A stretch of DNA of 63,697 nucleotides, filler included, from Octopus bimaculoides (lineage: Eukaryota): the NCBI RefSeq assembly GCF_001194135.2. It is 5 parts of 5 records of this genome, joined end to end, with 100 filler letters (N's around TTAATTAATTAA, not from the genome) between each part and the next. Parts side by side here need not be neighbours in the genome. Positions count along the whole stretch, not along the records: positions 42,216 to 55,668 come from NC_068981.1; positions 55,769 to 63,697 come from NC_068983.1; 3 more parts are not named here. One strand, written 5' to 3'. The stretch's first letter is position 1, and every line of letters begins with the position of its first letter. This document shows positions 49,863 through 62,341 of this stretch, in pieces. The notes beneath the pieces are model-generated. The model searched no databases. It had not been told where the DNA came from and saw only the letters and a program-made list of their open reading frames with translations. The translations under genes were made by a program, and so were the position numbers.

Positions 49863-52800
49863 ATCCTGTGTAATAAACATTTGGGATGAAAATTAAGATT
49901 GATATTTGACATTTTGGAATTACCAAATATAAATTCAAATATTGTTTTTACTTCCAGAATTTTTATGCTGAGGATAATAACAGAGAAGACCTTAACATAT
50001 AAAACGTGATGGATGAAGTATAATTGCTGAATTTATGTCTTTAAACATCAATGCTATTTCATTCATATTTTTAGGGAAACACTTGGAATAAAAATACAAA
50101 TTCTGTTTCACTCCATTCTCTTATTTGTGTTTATGAGTCTTAAACTTAACAGCATCAAAGTTGACATAGCAGTTTATGAGGTAATTAGATATGAGGTAAT
50201 TAAACAGGAAAGCTGGTGAAATATTAAAGGAAACAGTAATTATTCAATTGTTAAAATTTTCTTGATTTTGGCTAATTATTTCATGAAATAATTTATGTAA
50301 TTTTGTTTACTTGCAAAATTGAAATTGTTTATCACATACAAACATAGATATTGTTTATGTTATGAAAACAGATAATGTATAGAATATAGAAACAAAAATA
50401 TTGTCTACAATGTAGGAACATATTGTTTACAATAGAGAAACAATTATTATTTACAGTGTAAAAATATAGATACAGCAACATAGATGACCTTGTGCCAAAT
50501 CTTGAAATCAATAGTGTAACATAGATACTGCTTACACTGAAGAAACTGAAGCTAGTTGCCATACAGAAACTGAAATATTTTATCTTTCATTAAAGGCATT
50601 TTTTTCTCATACGCTGTCCTCCACTGCTTTTCTTGATCAATCAGACCTGTTATGAAAGTGTTGTGGCGAGTATCACGACACCCTCTGCAAGAATAACTTG
50701 ACTGAATGACTATAAATAGTAGCAGTCTGAGTGAGAGAGTGAAGAGGGAGTAGGCGTTCATCGCAGGAAGTTGTAAGGTGTCTTTTTGGCAGTTTGCTGG
50801 AATACCGTTTGTTGGTTTGTGTCTAGTTCGTGGAGAGTTTGTTGGATTGTTACGCTGCTGTTACCCTGCTTCGTTATATGTTTCATTGTTACTACATGGT
50901 CATAGTGGAAAAAAAGTGGCGTCACTAATTGTGGCAATACTACAATAATTGGTGACAGCATATCGAATTGTGACGAGATGATGCTAGGAAGAGTTTGTTG
51001 CAATTTGGAGCATTCTTGACACAAAACGTCTTCATATATCAAAAAAGATACTTGGGAAGTGGGTGGAGAGGCATATGGCACAATTCTAATATTTAATGGC
51101 TGTTTCGATGAAATTAGGGAATTCATAGTCATTTGCTATGAGGGAAATCTTCAAGAGAATTCACTTGTTTGCTTTCCTACATTTACAATTTCTAAACTAT
51201 TATGAAGAGTATGCACATGTGTAATTTCTTACCCAATTCCACTAACGATGTGTCACTGTATATACACATGTGTATATATAATTTCTTTTTCCTTCCACAC
51301 CTGTAAAAGACTATTACATACATGTGTGTACAGTGTTTCCTCTATAATTCCTCTCAATGAAGCACTACATGGACAAAATCATTCATGTCAACACTATTCT
51401 TGTTTTTTACTCTTCTTTTTCACCTCCTCTTCCTTCTCCTTCTTCCTTGTCTCCTCCTCCACTTTCTCCTGTCTCCACTTCCTCTTCTTTCCCTTCTCCT
51501 CCTCAACTCCTACCATTATCCTCTACTTCTTCTTTTTCACCACCTCCTCCATCTCCTCCCTCTCTTTCCACAAGTACACTCACACTACCACTAACAGCTG
51601 CCAAACAAATCTGTTTTGCCAAAGCCATCAAATAGAGACCGATTCACCCAAAATTTCAATTATCTTTGCCACAATGGCATTGATGAAAAAACATTGTCAG
51701 ACGGTACCAGACGCTTCTGCCAATGATGTGTGTGTGTGTGTGTTGGTGTGTGTGTGTGTTTGTGTGCATGAGAGCATGTGAGAGAGAGAGGGAGAGAAAG
51801 AGAGAAAGAAATTATTGGATCACCTAAATTTGTCATGGAACAAACTTCATGCATCCATTAATAATACTTACTCTTTGTAATTTGTTTGACCAAAACCTTC
51901 AATCAGATTAGCCAGCAAGATCTAAGAAATATTTTAAATTTGAACCAGATAAATATTGATTCTCACACAATATTTCTAAGATTATTGAAGAATTTATTCA
52001 TCTTTTATCTAGAGAGTATTAGATATAAGAAAAGAAAAAGCACCATTCTCTCTAAATTGATATTACATGTGGAGTTTTGCCAGCAGCTGATTTAGTTTCC
52101 AGCTGCATATGATTATCTTTAAAATAATTCAAAGAATTTTATGCTTTCATTCAATTAGATTCAATTGTACGAAAAATTTTAACCAATGTTGATTAAAATT
52201 TCGTATTTCATTTGATTGAGAAACGGAAAGTACAAAATTTGCTTCTTTTTTGTAATTATCATTGCAAAGAAAATACATGAATTTTCAGAAACCTCTTGAG
52301 TGATATCCAGGCTAACACAGCTTGGTGCTGTTAATATTCTATTTGAATTTGGTTTTGTAGAATGTTTTAAAGAAGTAAATATTTGAAGAAATGCCAACAT
52401 TTTATATGCAAGTTGGAAAGTTCCAGAATAATTTTCCTAATTTTAGAAGCTGTTAAGTTATTCTAGCATAATTGCTTAATTATCTTCTGTATCCCATTTG
52501 GACCTACTTCATTCTAGTAGTCATTCACTTAGAGAATTATAAAACAAATACCATTTGATATAATTCTCATTTTGGTAATTCTCATTAATGATACAGAAAT
52601 GCATTCTTCGTTATCAATATTTTGTTTTTTTCGGTTGTGAACATTTATGAAACTTACAAGATATCTGTTTAGTCAATGTCTTTATCAAAATGGACATCAA
52701 ATATAAATGGTAATTCTTTGACTTATATTTCATGATTTAATTGTATCTTATTGTATCAATTCATTCTTTTGACACAACTAAATATTGATTATTTGCAAAA

Positions 52801-54342
52801 CCGATTAATATTTGAATACTAAAAGATGATAAAATATGAAGCTTGAATAAAGCATTTATCTTAAAACTGAATATGTCTTTTATGTTTTTGCCTAAACTTT
52901 GAAATTTACACCAATTCATTCCAATAAATAAGAAACTAATTGGTCTAGACTCATGAATAGCAATTAGAAGAATATAATAAATAGGTATTCATTTTTCATT
53001 CAATATATTTTTGGTTCTGCAGATTCTCAGTAAATGATTCAACTGAAATGGTCTTCTTACAATAGAAATGGTGTCAATCTACCATTTTCTAAGGCATCAA
53101 CTCTACTTGGTCTTTGTTGTACGTTTATAAATTTGCTCTGATTGCAATAACCTTTCCACATTTGAAAAATGACATCAAAACCTGTCTGGTTCCAACAAAA
53201 AAACTGATTTGTAATTATTCTTCAACTTATTACAGGGATTTGTGAATAAAGACGTTTCAGCTTTGAGAGTATTCTAAGGGGTCAATTATTGCTTTAGTAA
53301 CAATTCCTTATTAGTTTCAAATGTTGCACAAGGCCAGCAATTTTAGGGGAAGGGTGAGTTGATTGCATCAACCCAAGTGCTCAGCAAGTACTTACTTTAT
53401 TGGCCCCGAAAGGATGAAAGGCAAAGTCTCAATGGAATTTGAACTCAGAATGTAAAACCAGAAGAAATATCACTAAGCATTTTGCCTGGAATGCTAACGG
53501 TTCTGCTTCCTTAGGCATTAGTGTGGGAGCACTAGGAATGTGGTCTGGTGTCAAGGGGGCGGCAGCCCGAAAATGTTTGGGAACCACTGTTGTTGTCTTT
53601 TCCTCACTACATAATTAGATATTTACTATTTGCAACATTAAATAAGTTAACACCAACCTAAGTATTGTGTTGGCCTAAACAGCTGTCTTGTAAAAGAATC
53701 AATGTAGACATTACATGTTTAAAAGCCAATCCCTGCAACAGTTTTTCTTTATTAAACATCTCATTCAAAACACACGAAAGATACAATGAATCGTTATGTT
53801 TCTGGTTTCGTTGATAATGAGTCTATTCAACAATGAAGAGGTTCATAAATTTCTGAATAAATTCTTTGTTGTTGCTCACCTTGTCAAAGGAGTTGAATAG
53901 TCTCGATTTTCAATGACTCTTTCTCTCCAAACATTTGATGCTTTTCACTTTTGAAATTTCGGATTCCAATCACTGAAATCTCTTTTATTACAATTAATTG
54001 AATGTCATTGAAGATATAGAGAAAATTATACAAGATTGCCAATAATTGACTTCGATAGGAAATAGATAACTTCTGAAGTGATCAATCATCTGTTAACTAG
54101 AAAGAAAATTTCCTTGAGAACCTAATAATGATTTTTTGTTTTTTTGTTGTTTTTTTTTGTCAATTTAGTTTTGATTACAATTTTCTCTCTCATTCTGACC
54201 ATCATTAGATGGGAATCTTATCATATTGTTTATATATAAAAATGTTTGGGCAGAAAAAAATGACTGAAACATGTATGAAACAGGATGAAATTACAGAGAA
54301 ATGTTTATAATATTTATGACTTCCATCATGGAGCAAGCACGT

Positions 54343-54407
<65 letters not shown>

Positions 54408-54889
54408 TATATGCATATTTATATATAAACAGGCATAAAAAACATGCATACAAGCATACATACACAGATGCATTCACCTTCTTGCATGTTGAGTGACCTC
54501 ATGGAGAAGAGAAAAGAGAGTGGAGACAGAAGATTGGGATGGAGGGAGGAAAGGGATTGTATGGGGAGGGTGGGTGACTATAGTGAATGGTAAACAAGGG
54601 TGGAGGAGTGAATGATGGTAAACAGAAATAGGAGGGAAGGTAGAGGAGAGGGAGTGAGACTTGTAGAACTGAAAGTGTGAAGAGTTGAATAGTAATGGCA
54701 GTGATAATAAAACAACTAGAACTAAAAGTAATAATAATAATGGTTTGAAATGTTTGGCACAAGGCCAGCAATTCAGGCACAAGTTGATTACATCGACCCC
54801 AGTGTACAACTGGTACTTATTTCATTGATACTGAAAGGATGAAAGGCAAAGTCAGCCTTGACGAAATTAATAATAATAATAATAATAAT

Positions 54890-54927
<38 letters not shown>

Positions 54928-54939
54928 TAACGATAATAA

Positions 54940-55668
54940 TAACGATAATAATAATAAGAGAGGTAAGCCCTGTTCATTGTGCAACAACATGAGTGATGTG
55001 AATACCATCAGAAATCATAATAGAAATGTTATGATTTATACAAAAGGTGGAACCTGTACAGATTCTCATTTAGAGTACGCTGCAGGATGCACGAAGCACA
55101 ACTTGATTTATGTTGGTTGTACAACAGAACAACTAAACAAAAGGTTTAATGGGCACAGATTCGACGTCAGGCACAAGAACAGTAGTTCAACAGAACTTGC
55201 TGAACATTTCGTTTCAAGCGGCTGCAATTTTGAAGAAGACTTGAAAGTAAACGTTCTCAAAAAATATTCTGAATGTACCCCACTTTCACTTCTCAGAATG
55301 TATGAGGAGAAATATGTTTGCGGGTTATTGACATCACGCCCTGGAGGAATGAATAAGATGACAGGAGAATATCATCAAATTTATGCAAAACTGTTTGATT
55401 GAATATTCTTCTTTCTCTCTTTTTCTTTCCTTTTTTTCTGTCGTCTTCCTCTTTCTATTTTTTCCTTTCTTTCTGCTTGTTATAAAATATAATAACTGAT
55501 GAAGTCATTCCATCAACGTATGGACGCTGGTTACTCTCGTTCATAGTTTACGTTTAGATTTCTGAAATTTTGAATTTTTAATCACCTTTTGTTTTGAACT
55601 TGAGAAAGACAGACGTTCTGTCGAAATATTGTTCAACGAATAAAACATCTATACAATCGAATCGCACT
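54940..55668 (+). mobile_element. 5'-truncated Penelope-like (Neptune-type) element: GIY-YIG + pseudo-LTR
   Basis: CSLC...CTDSHLEYAAGCTKHNLIYVGCTTEQLNKRFNGHR...ELAEHF...EEKY...GGMN; begins in an (AAT)n tract; 3' region carries hammerhead motifs and an AATAAA. Confidence 0.9.
55594..55636 (+). ncRNA. Minimal type I hammerhead ribozyme (U3-A8 variant)
   Basis: TTGAAC-TTGAGAA-A-GACAG-ACGTT-CTGTC-GAAA-TATT^-GTTCAA; palindromic AATATT stem III. A degenerate motif lacking GAAA lies at about 55493-55533. Confidence 0.65.
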
Positions 55669-55791
55669 NNNNNNNNNNNNNNNNNNNNNNNNNNNNNNNN
55701 NNNNNNNNNNNNTTAATTAATTAANNNNNNNNNNNNNNNNNNNNNNNNNNNNNNNNNNNNNNNNNNNNTATATATATATATATATAGGAAA

Positions 55792-55858
<67 letters not shown>

Positions 55859-56357
55859 AAGAGAGAGTTATGAATTTGTATAAAGGGATCACATACATAC
55901 CCACATAAAGGCTCACACATATACATATAAAGAATTTGTATAAGCATCAAAGAGTAAATCTACAGAAATCGCGACTTCAAGTAATAAAAGATTGTTAAGC
56001 TGAAATACGCTAGTCAAATACACAAAATTAGAGTTGCTGAGAACTGCATAATCGGCTTAAACGTATCATATTTTGCAGCAACATATCTGTCGGTGAAGCC
56101 ATACATTTCAAATATACTTCATAACTCTATGGACTGAAACAGCTGTTTCATTACGATAAACACCCTCATATGTATAAATGCGTAACTGTGATACTAAATA
56201 AAGTAAAATTATATGTATTTAAACACTATGTTAAGTAAAATGGGGACGGATATTTGTACTATGTTAAACGGATATCAGTGTAAATACATTGAAAGAGGAG
56301 CGACCGGAAGAACAACTATACTAAATATATGAATAAGTAAATATACATACAAATATA

Positions 56358-56528
56358 GGCGTAGGAGTGGCTGTGTGGTAAGTAGCTTGCTTACCAGCCA
56401 CATGGTTCCAGGTTCAGTCCCACTGCGTGGCACCTTGGGCAAGTGTCTTCTACTATAGCCTCGGGCCGACCAAAGCCTTGTGAGTGGATTTGGTAGACGG
56501 AAACTGAAAGAAGCCCGTCGTATGTATG

Positions 56529-56567
<39 letters not shown>

Positions 56568-56772
56568 ATGTTTGTGTGTCTGTGATTGTCCCCCCAACAT
56601 CGCTTGACAACCGATGCTGGTGTGTTTATGTCCCAGTAACTTAGCGGTAGAATAAGTACTAGACTTACAAAGAATATGTCCTGGGGTTGATTAGCTCGAC
56701 TAAAGGTGGTGCTCCAGCATGGCCGCAGTCAAATGACTGAAACAAGTAAAAGAGTAAAAGAGAGTAAAAGAG
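56358..56772 (+). mobile_element. tRNA-derived cephalopod-type SINE, best-preserved copy
   Basis: A-box-like tggctgtgtgg, B-box-like ggttcagtccc, gcaccttgggcaag core, internal (TA)(TG)n, tail gactgaaacaagtaaaagagtaaaagag. Confidence 0.9.
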
Positions 56773-58214
56773 TACAAATATACACTACTGACTGCATATT
56801 TTGGTGAAGTACATCTACCACCATTATGATGAATATTCGAAGCCCAGAAACAGCTGTTGGACATGTAACGCCTTACCGCTTCCCATTTAGTTTTCTCTAT
56901 CGTTTGTAGTATGTGCCTTGCTTCTGACTAGAGCTGTCTTGCTTCTGACTAGAATTTGAATCCTGCCCTATTTTTATTGTGAGTTCATGGCTCAAATTAG
57001 TACATGTTTTGAGTAGTATTTGATTGGGAGAGGATAGTCAGATGACTGGTCTTAGAAATGTTTGTAGGTTCCCCGCTGCGTCCGTGTGTTAGTATCAAGT
57101 GACAATGTTTGGCGTCGTAAGTTAAGGCTGACACGATTGACTGAACATGTGCAAGCAATCAATGCTCTGAGTGTTTTCTGTCAGGTGTTTGTATAGAATG
57201 GATATATCATTATGTTTATAACCTTTTATACGTTTCCTTCGAAGTCCGTGCGTTAGTGTCACGTGACAATATATTTTGCGCTTAAAAAGAAGGTTATCAT
57301 TTGATTGATTACAAAGCGACGTAGAGCATGGCTGCTGTCACATGACTGAAACAAGTAAAAGATGAAACTTATTATTTCAATTATATTAATATTATTGTTC
57401 GGACCATCCATATCAGTTATTTTGTGAAAGACGGGAAAACAAATTAAAAGCAAAATCAGTTAGAAGAAAATCATTCGGCAGCGTTGTGAGTGAATTACTG
57501 TTACTGCCTTATTTGGCTGCGCTATTTGCATATATTTACTCCGATCTCATGCTTATAGACAATTCGTCGCCACTGTTGCAGAAAAAAAAACAGTGATTGG
57601 AAAATTGCTGGTGTTGCAAAGCTGCATGGCAGAATAAAATCTGTCATGTGCAACAAATGCGAGGTTAGGTTCAATAGCTATATGCGTAATGTAAATATGC
57701 TAATTACCAACGGTAACCGACTGGAGATAATATCTCGTATGGATCTACTTCGTTTGAAAGCATAAATATATCAGAAGCAAGAGGAATTCGTCGAGCATTA
57801 GCGGCGAGAACGCTAGATGCATATGTTTGCCTTCTTGGGCTCTGTCAGTAGACTATGTTCGCTGCCAACCTCATATTCAGACAAAATTCGTTGCTACTAT
57901 ATTATAGGAGAAACACGTTCCTTAATTCGCATTTTTTCAATATATTTACAGTTAGTATGATTAGCAGATGACTATTTTATTCTAATATTTTTTCTATTAC
58001 ACGTGAGTGAATATTATTGAACCGGGAGGTTAATTGTAACACCAGGTATGTTTTTATTTAATCGTGCCTTTCCCATATTAGTAGCAAGAGATTTGTCTCA
58101 GGATCTGTTGCTGTGAGTACATGCTACTGAGATGGTACAACGGACCAGAAATGCGTATCGAGCGAGGAGTCTGCATGAACTCTCTCTTTCTCATTCACTC
58201 ACTCTGTCTGTCTG

Positions 58215-58279
<65 letters not shown>

Positions 58280-59249
58280 TGTAAATGCAAAAATAAAAAC
58301 AAAAACACAAAGGATTCTGCGGTACACGTGTTTCAAGCTTTATAGTTGTTACATCAGTGTATAATTGACAATATAGAGCTATCTTCAGCCGCAAATGTAT
58401 GTATTCTCTCCCAAGAATTATATCACATAGGCGTTAAAGGAGGAAGAAAGATGAGATATAAGAGGTGAGGTTCCGTTTGGTATTTTGCATTGTACCATAC
58501 CTCGTATAATTCTTATTTTGATATATTTACACATAATTTTCTCGGTACTCCGGAATCTGTCCGTACCTTGCCACAATTCAGGGTGTAGTGTTAAGTTGGT
58601 GGTTAAAAACAATACAATAAAAAACATAACAAAAATGAAATAATAATATAAAATAAAATAGGAATATAAAATACTAAGAAAAAAAAATAATACAGATATT
58701 CATACAAAAATAAAACTGAAATAAAATAAAACATAAAAGGAGTCAAATCGGTGGGGTGGGTAATCTAAGAAACAATAAGAGAAAATCTGGATAGTCAAGT
58801 AAGATACATCTAAGCTATTTAGACGGGTTGGCGAAGGGTGGTGAGGAAAAATCTAAATGTAGAAGAAGAAGATAAAGCGATAAATAAATATAGATACATA
58901 GATCTTAAAGGTCGTAAGGGATAGATATATATATGAGCTGTGTCTGCCTATATCAGTGGTGGGTCGTAAATAAGTAGTGTCAGGCCAGAATGAACTTGAA
59001 ACATGATATTCTTGTGGTGAGTGGTCAACCTAAGTGTACTAACTTATCTACATACACTTATCTAGATGAAGAAGGGTGAAGGAAGTGGAAAGGGTAATTA
59101 TAACATAGAAGACCTTAAGAATGAATAATTAAACATGTTAACAAGAAATGGGAAATAAAGTATATGGACGTTAAAATTCAAAATACAGAGTATTGGGGGC
59201 ATTTCGACCGTAGTAATATAGTATAATAGTGATAGGAAATAATAGCACC

Positions 59250-59450
59250 CACATTAATAATGTAACAAATAAGAAATAAAATAAGAACTAAACAATAATA
59301 AAAATAAGAGATAAGGAATAAAAAATAAAATATAAAATATAAAATAAAAATTAAAATATAAAAAAAATCAAAAATCAAAGGGAAAATATAAAATATATAA
59401 CAATTGAGAAAAATAAATGTATATATATATAAATATATATAAAAAATAAA

Positions 59451-59494
<44 letters not shown>

Positions 59495-59660
59495 TAAAAA
59501 AACAATATATAAAAAATATATAAAAAAATAAAAATAAATAAAATAAATAAAAAATAAATACAATAAAAAAAATAAAGAATAAAATAAAAAAATAAAAATA
59601 AAAAATAAAAAATAAAATAATATAATATAAAAATAGTGAAATAAAGTAAAAAGGTAAAAA
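59250..59660. repeat. A/T-only low-complexity tract ((AAAAT)n/(TA)n-like)
   Basis: Direct reading. Confidence 0.85.
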
Positions 59661-59689
59661 TTAAGAAAAGAGCCTTGATTAGTGTTATA

Positions 59690-60870
59690 TTGTGTTATAA
59701 TTTTGTATTGCAGTGTCCTTGGATGGTTTCGAGTCGGTGACTGAAAGGTAGAACTAGATCCATAGGTTTGGGATTATGGATCCAGTTTATTAAAAATGTG
59801 TGTAAATTAAGTGGTCATAATCTAGCTATTCGAGGGTAAACCAAATTATTAATGTATATAGTTAGGTTAGGGGTAAGTACGGGCTTTGTTAATTAGGTGT
59901 CTGAGTTGTGGTAGGTAGGATCTAACGTGGGAGTAGTTAATTAGAGGAGGTGTAGAAGTGCATATAACTAAAAGAGAGGATTTAGGGGTTATAATATCTA
60001 AAGGTTTTCATCATTTTATGGATACAGGAGGGTTTGAAATCTGACCTCTTATTAACTAGTTTATTCTTATCAGCGAATTTAATAATTTTCAAAAGTTCAA
60101 GGGAGCATAACTGGCAACCAGTTCTATTATATTTATACGTTGGGGCCGATCCAACAATTGACCATCTAAGGTTAAAATTAATCTTGTCGTCCTTAAGCTC
60201 CCAAATTCTGCGAGATAATGAGGTGTTGTTAGCCTTATGTCTGAGTCTAAACGAAGATCCGTGGTTATAAAACCTAGATTTCCAGGATGAAGAGCATCCA
60301 AGGTATGTGAGGGTGTTAGTTTCCGTGATAATTTCGCAAGAGTATATTACGTTTTTAGCTAATATACGTTTCCGCGTAAAGGACATGTTGAAGGTGTTAC
60401 ACAATTGCAACCGATTTTATACTTGTTAGGTCGTCTTATGTCTACATTTGTGGGGTAACTGCTTATAGTATTATTATCTATGTCAGTATCCGGGTGGTTA
60501 GGTTTTACTTTTACATTGTTGTTATAATTATTGCTGCTACCTCTATTTGGGTTGTTCAAAGTTACCTCACCTCGATTCCTTCTGCTGTTAACATTAGTAT
60601 TATACATATTATTTCTATTAGTAATATTATTAGAATCGTGGCTGGTGTAATTATTATATTGATTATTATTAGGATTATTATTAGAGGTTGAGTTGGGTAT
60701 TCTATTATTAGTGGTAGTGTCATTGTTTAATGCGGAAAGATTATAAGATGTGCTGCTATTTTGTGTTGGGTCTAGGTTTAGTGATTCATCTATTGTCGTG
60801 CTATTTGTTATTTCGGTATGGTAACGTGGGCTAATATTGTCGCCGTCATTACAATTATTATTATTATTAC
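59690..60870 (-). mobile_element. 5'-truncated Penelope-like element: Asn/Thr-rich linker + GIY-YIG
   Basis: GCNCVTPSTCPLRG then a frameshift to LAKNVIYSC...TYLGCSSSWKSRFYNHGSSF...TSLSRRIWELK...RWSIV...CQLCSLE; upstream N-rich ORF part. Confidence 0.85.
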
Positions 60871-60873
60871 TAT

Positions 60874-60941
<68 letters not shown>

Positions 60942-61313
60942 AATGATATGATATTTATTTTAGGAGGATGAATGAATGCATATACGTATCTTTGTATAAG
61001 TATATACATATATATTAACATATGTATTTGCTCGTATATTTGCGTGTTTACATCCCTATACTATTAATTTCTATTGCTCTACTTCTCCCTGTTATTTCTG
61101 TCTTGATCAAATGGTTTTCTGATTAACAGCAAACAACATATCACAACTTTTGTGTAAACACAAATTTTGTTTTAATTTATATTTACATCATTTCATTTTA
61201 TGATGTATCACAATTATAACTTTTGCATTGGGAGGTGTTTTACTTAATGAAACAACCGTCGATTGCAATTAAAGTTTGACCTACGTGAGTTTTTCCATGC
61301 ATGTAATATGTGT

Positions 61314-61348
<35 letters not shown>

Positions 61349-61426
61349 NNNNNNNNNNNNNNNNNNNNNNNNNNNNNNNNNNNNNNNNNNNNNNNNNNNN
61401 NNNNNNNNNNNNNNNNNNNNNNNNNN

Positions 61427-61473
<47 letters not shown>

Positions 61474-62273
61474 AGTGGGGAGAGAGATGCATAAATATAT
61501 TTGTATGTATATATACTTCTATATATTGAACACATAAAAATACATAATTTCATCGGACTATTAAGGGAGAAAGGTATCTATTTGATTGCTTTACGTTTCA
61601 TAAATCAGTTTAACATTGACTTTAACACCAACCAGTCACCCGATTTTATTTTTTGCCCGGCTACTAATTATTCTGTATTTATTTAAAAGAACGTCAAATC
61701 GATTCCTAAAGAGCAAATCTAAATTAAAGGATAATAAATCTATCAAACAATTTCTGGCAAAGCGCCATCTATAATGGTTTATGCCGAAATTTTGAAATCA
61801 TTAAAATCATTGGAAATTTATATATTGCATTGTGTTTGAAATTAATCATTTGCAATTCAAGTGAAGCTCATCGTCTGCTTCTCCCAGTTCTCCTCTAGTT
61901 GTCTTTATTTCTGTCTTTCTTTCTGTTAGTTATTCATTGAAATATCATTTATTTTTCCGGCACTCTTTCGTTTTTGTCTTTTTCTATGTTGTAATTTGCT
62001 CTTGGGTATATATTCGTTTATATGTTTGTTTGCTGCATGTATGAGGGAGTGAGTGAGTGCGTGTGTGTGTGTGTCTATGTGTGTATTAGTGTGTGTGTAT
62101 GTGTGTACTTGTGTATATGCCTCTTTGTTTATACCTGCACATACACGTTTATAGAGGGAAATGCATTTTAATCGTAATGTTCCGCTCCCTTTCTCATTAT
62201 GCAGCCTGTATTTGTCATTTTATTTTCCTCTATAAGATATAAATTTCTCTGTCTCTCTGTCTATTTATCTATG

Positions 62274-62274
<1 letters not shown>

Positions 62275-62341
<67 letters not shown>
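62275..62341. repeat. (TATC)n microsatellite
   Basis: Direct reading. Confidence 0.95.

Noticed and set aside
50552-50761. Dynein heavy chain similarity (TFITGLIDQEKQWRT; also LFDVIIGDLFS at 3.3 kb)
   Set aside because: Only about 10-residue resemblances, on different scaffold pieces, with no AAA Walker motifs or other dynein exons.
56358-56440. tRNA gene
   Set aside because: A/B-box-like head without a full cloverleaf, continuing into a SINE core present in many copies.
59700-59790. Hammerhead at the 3' end of the 60-kb Penelope fragment
   Set aside because: Hairpins and a GAAAC are present but no CUGANGA-like core.
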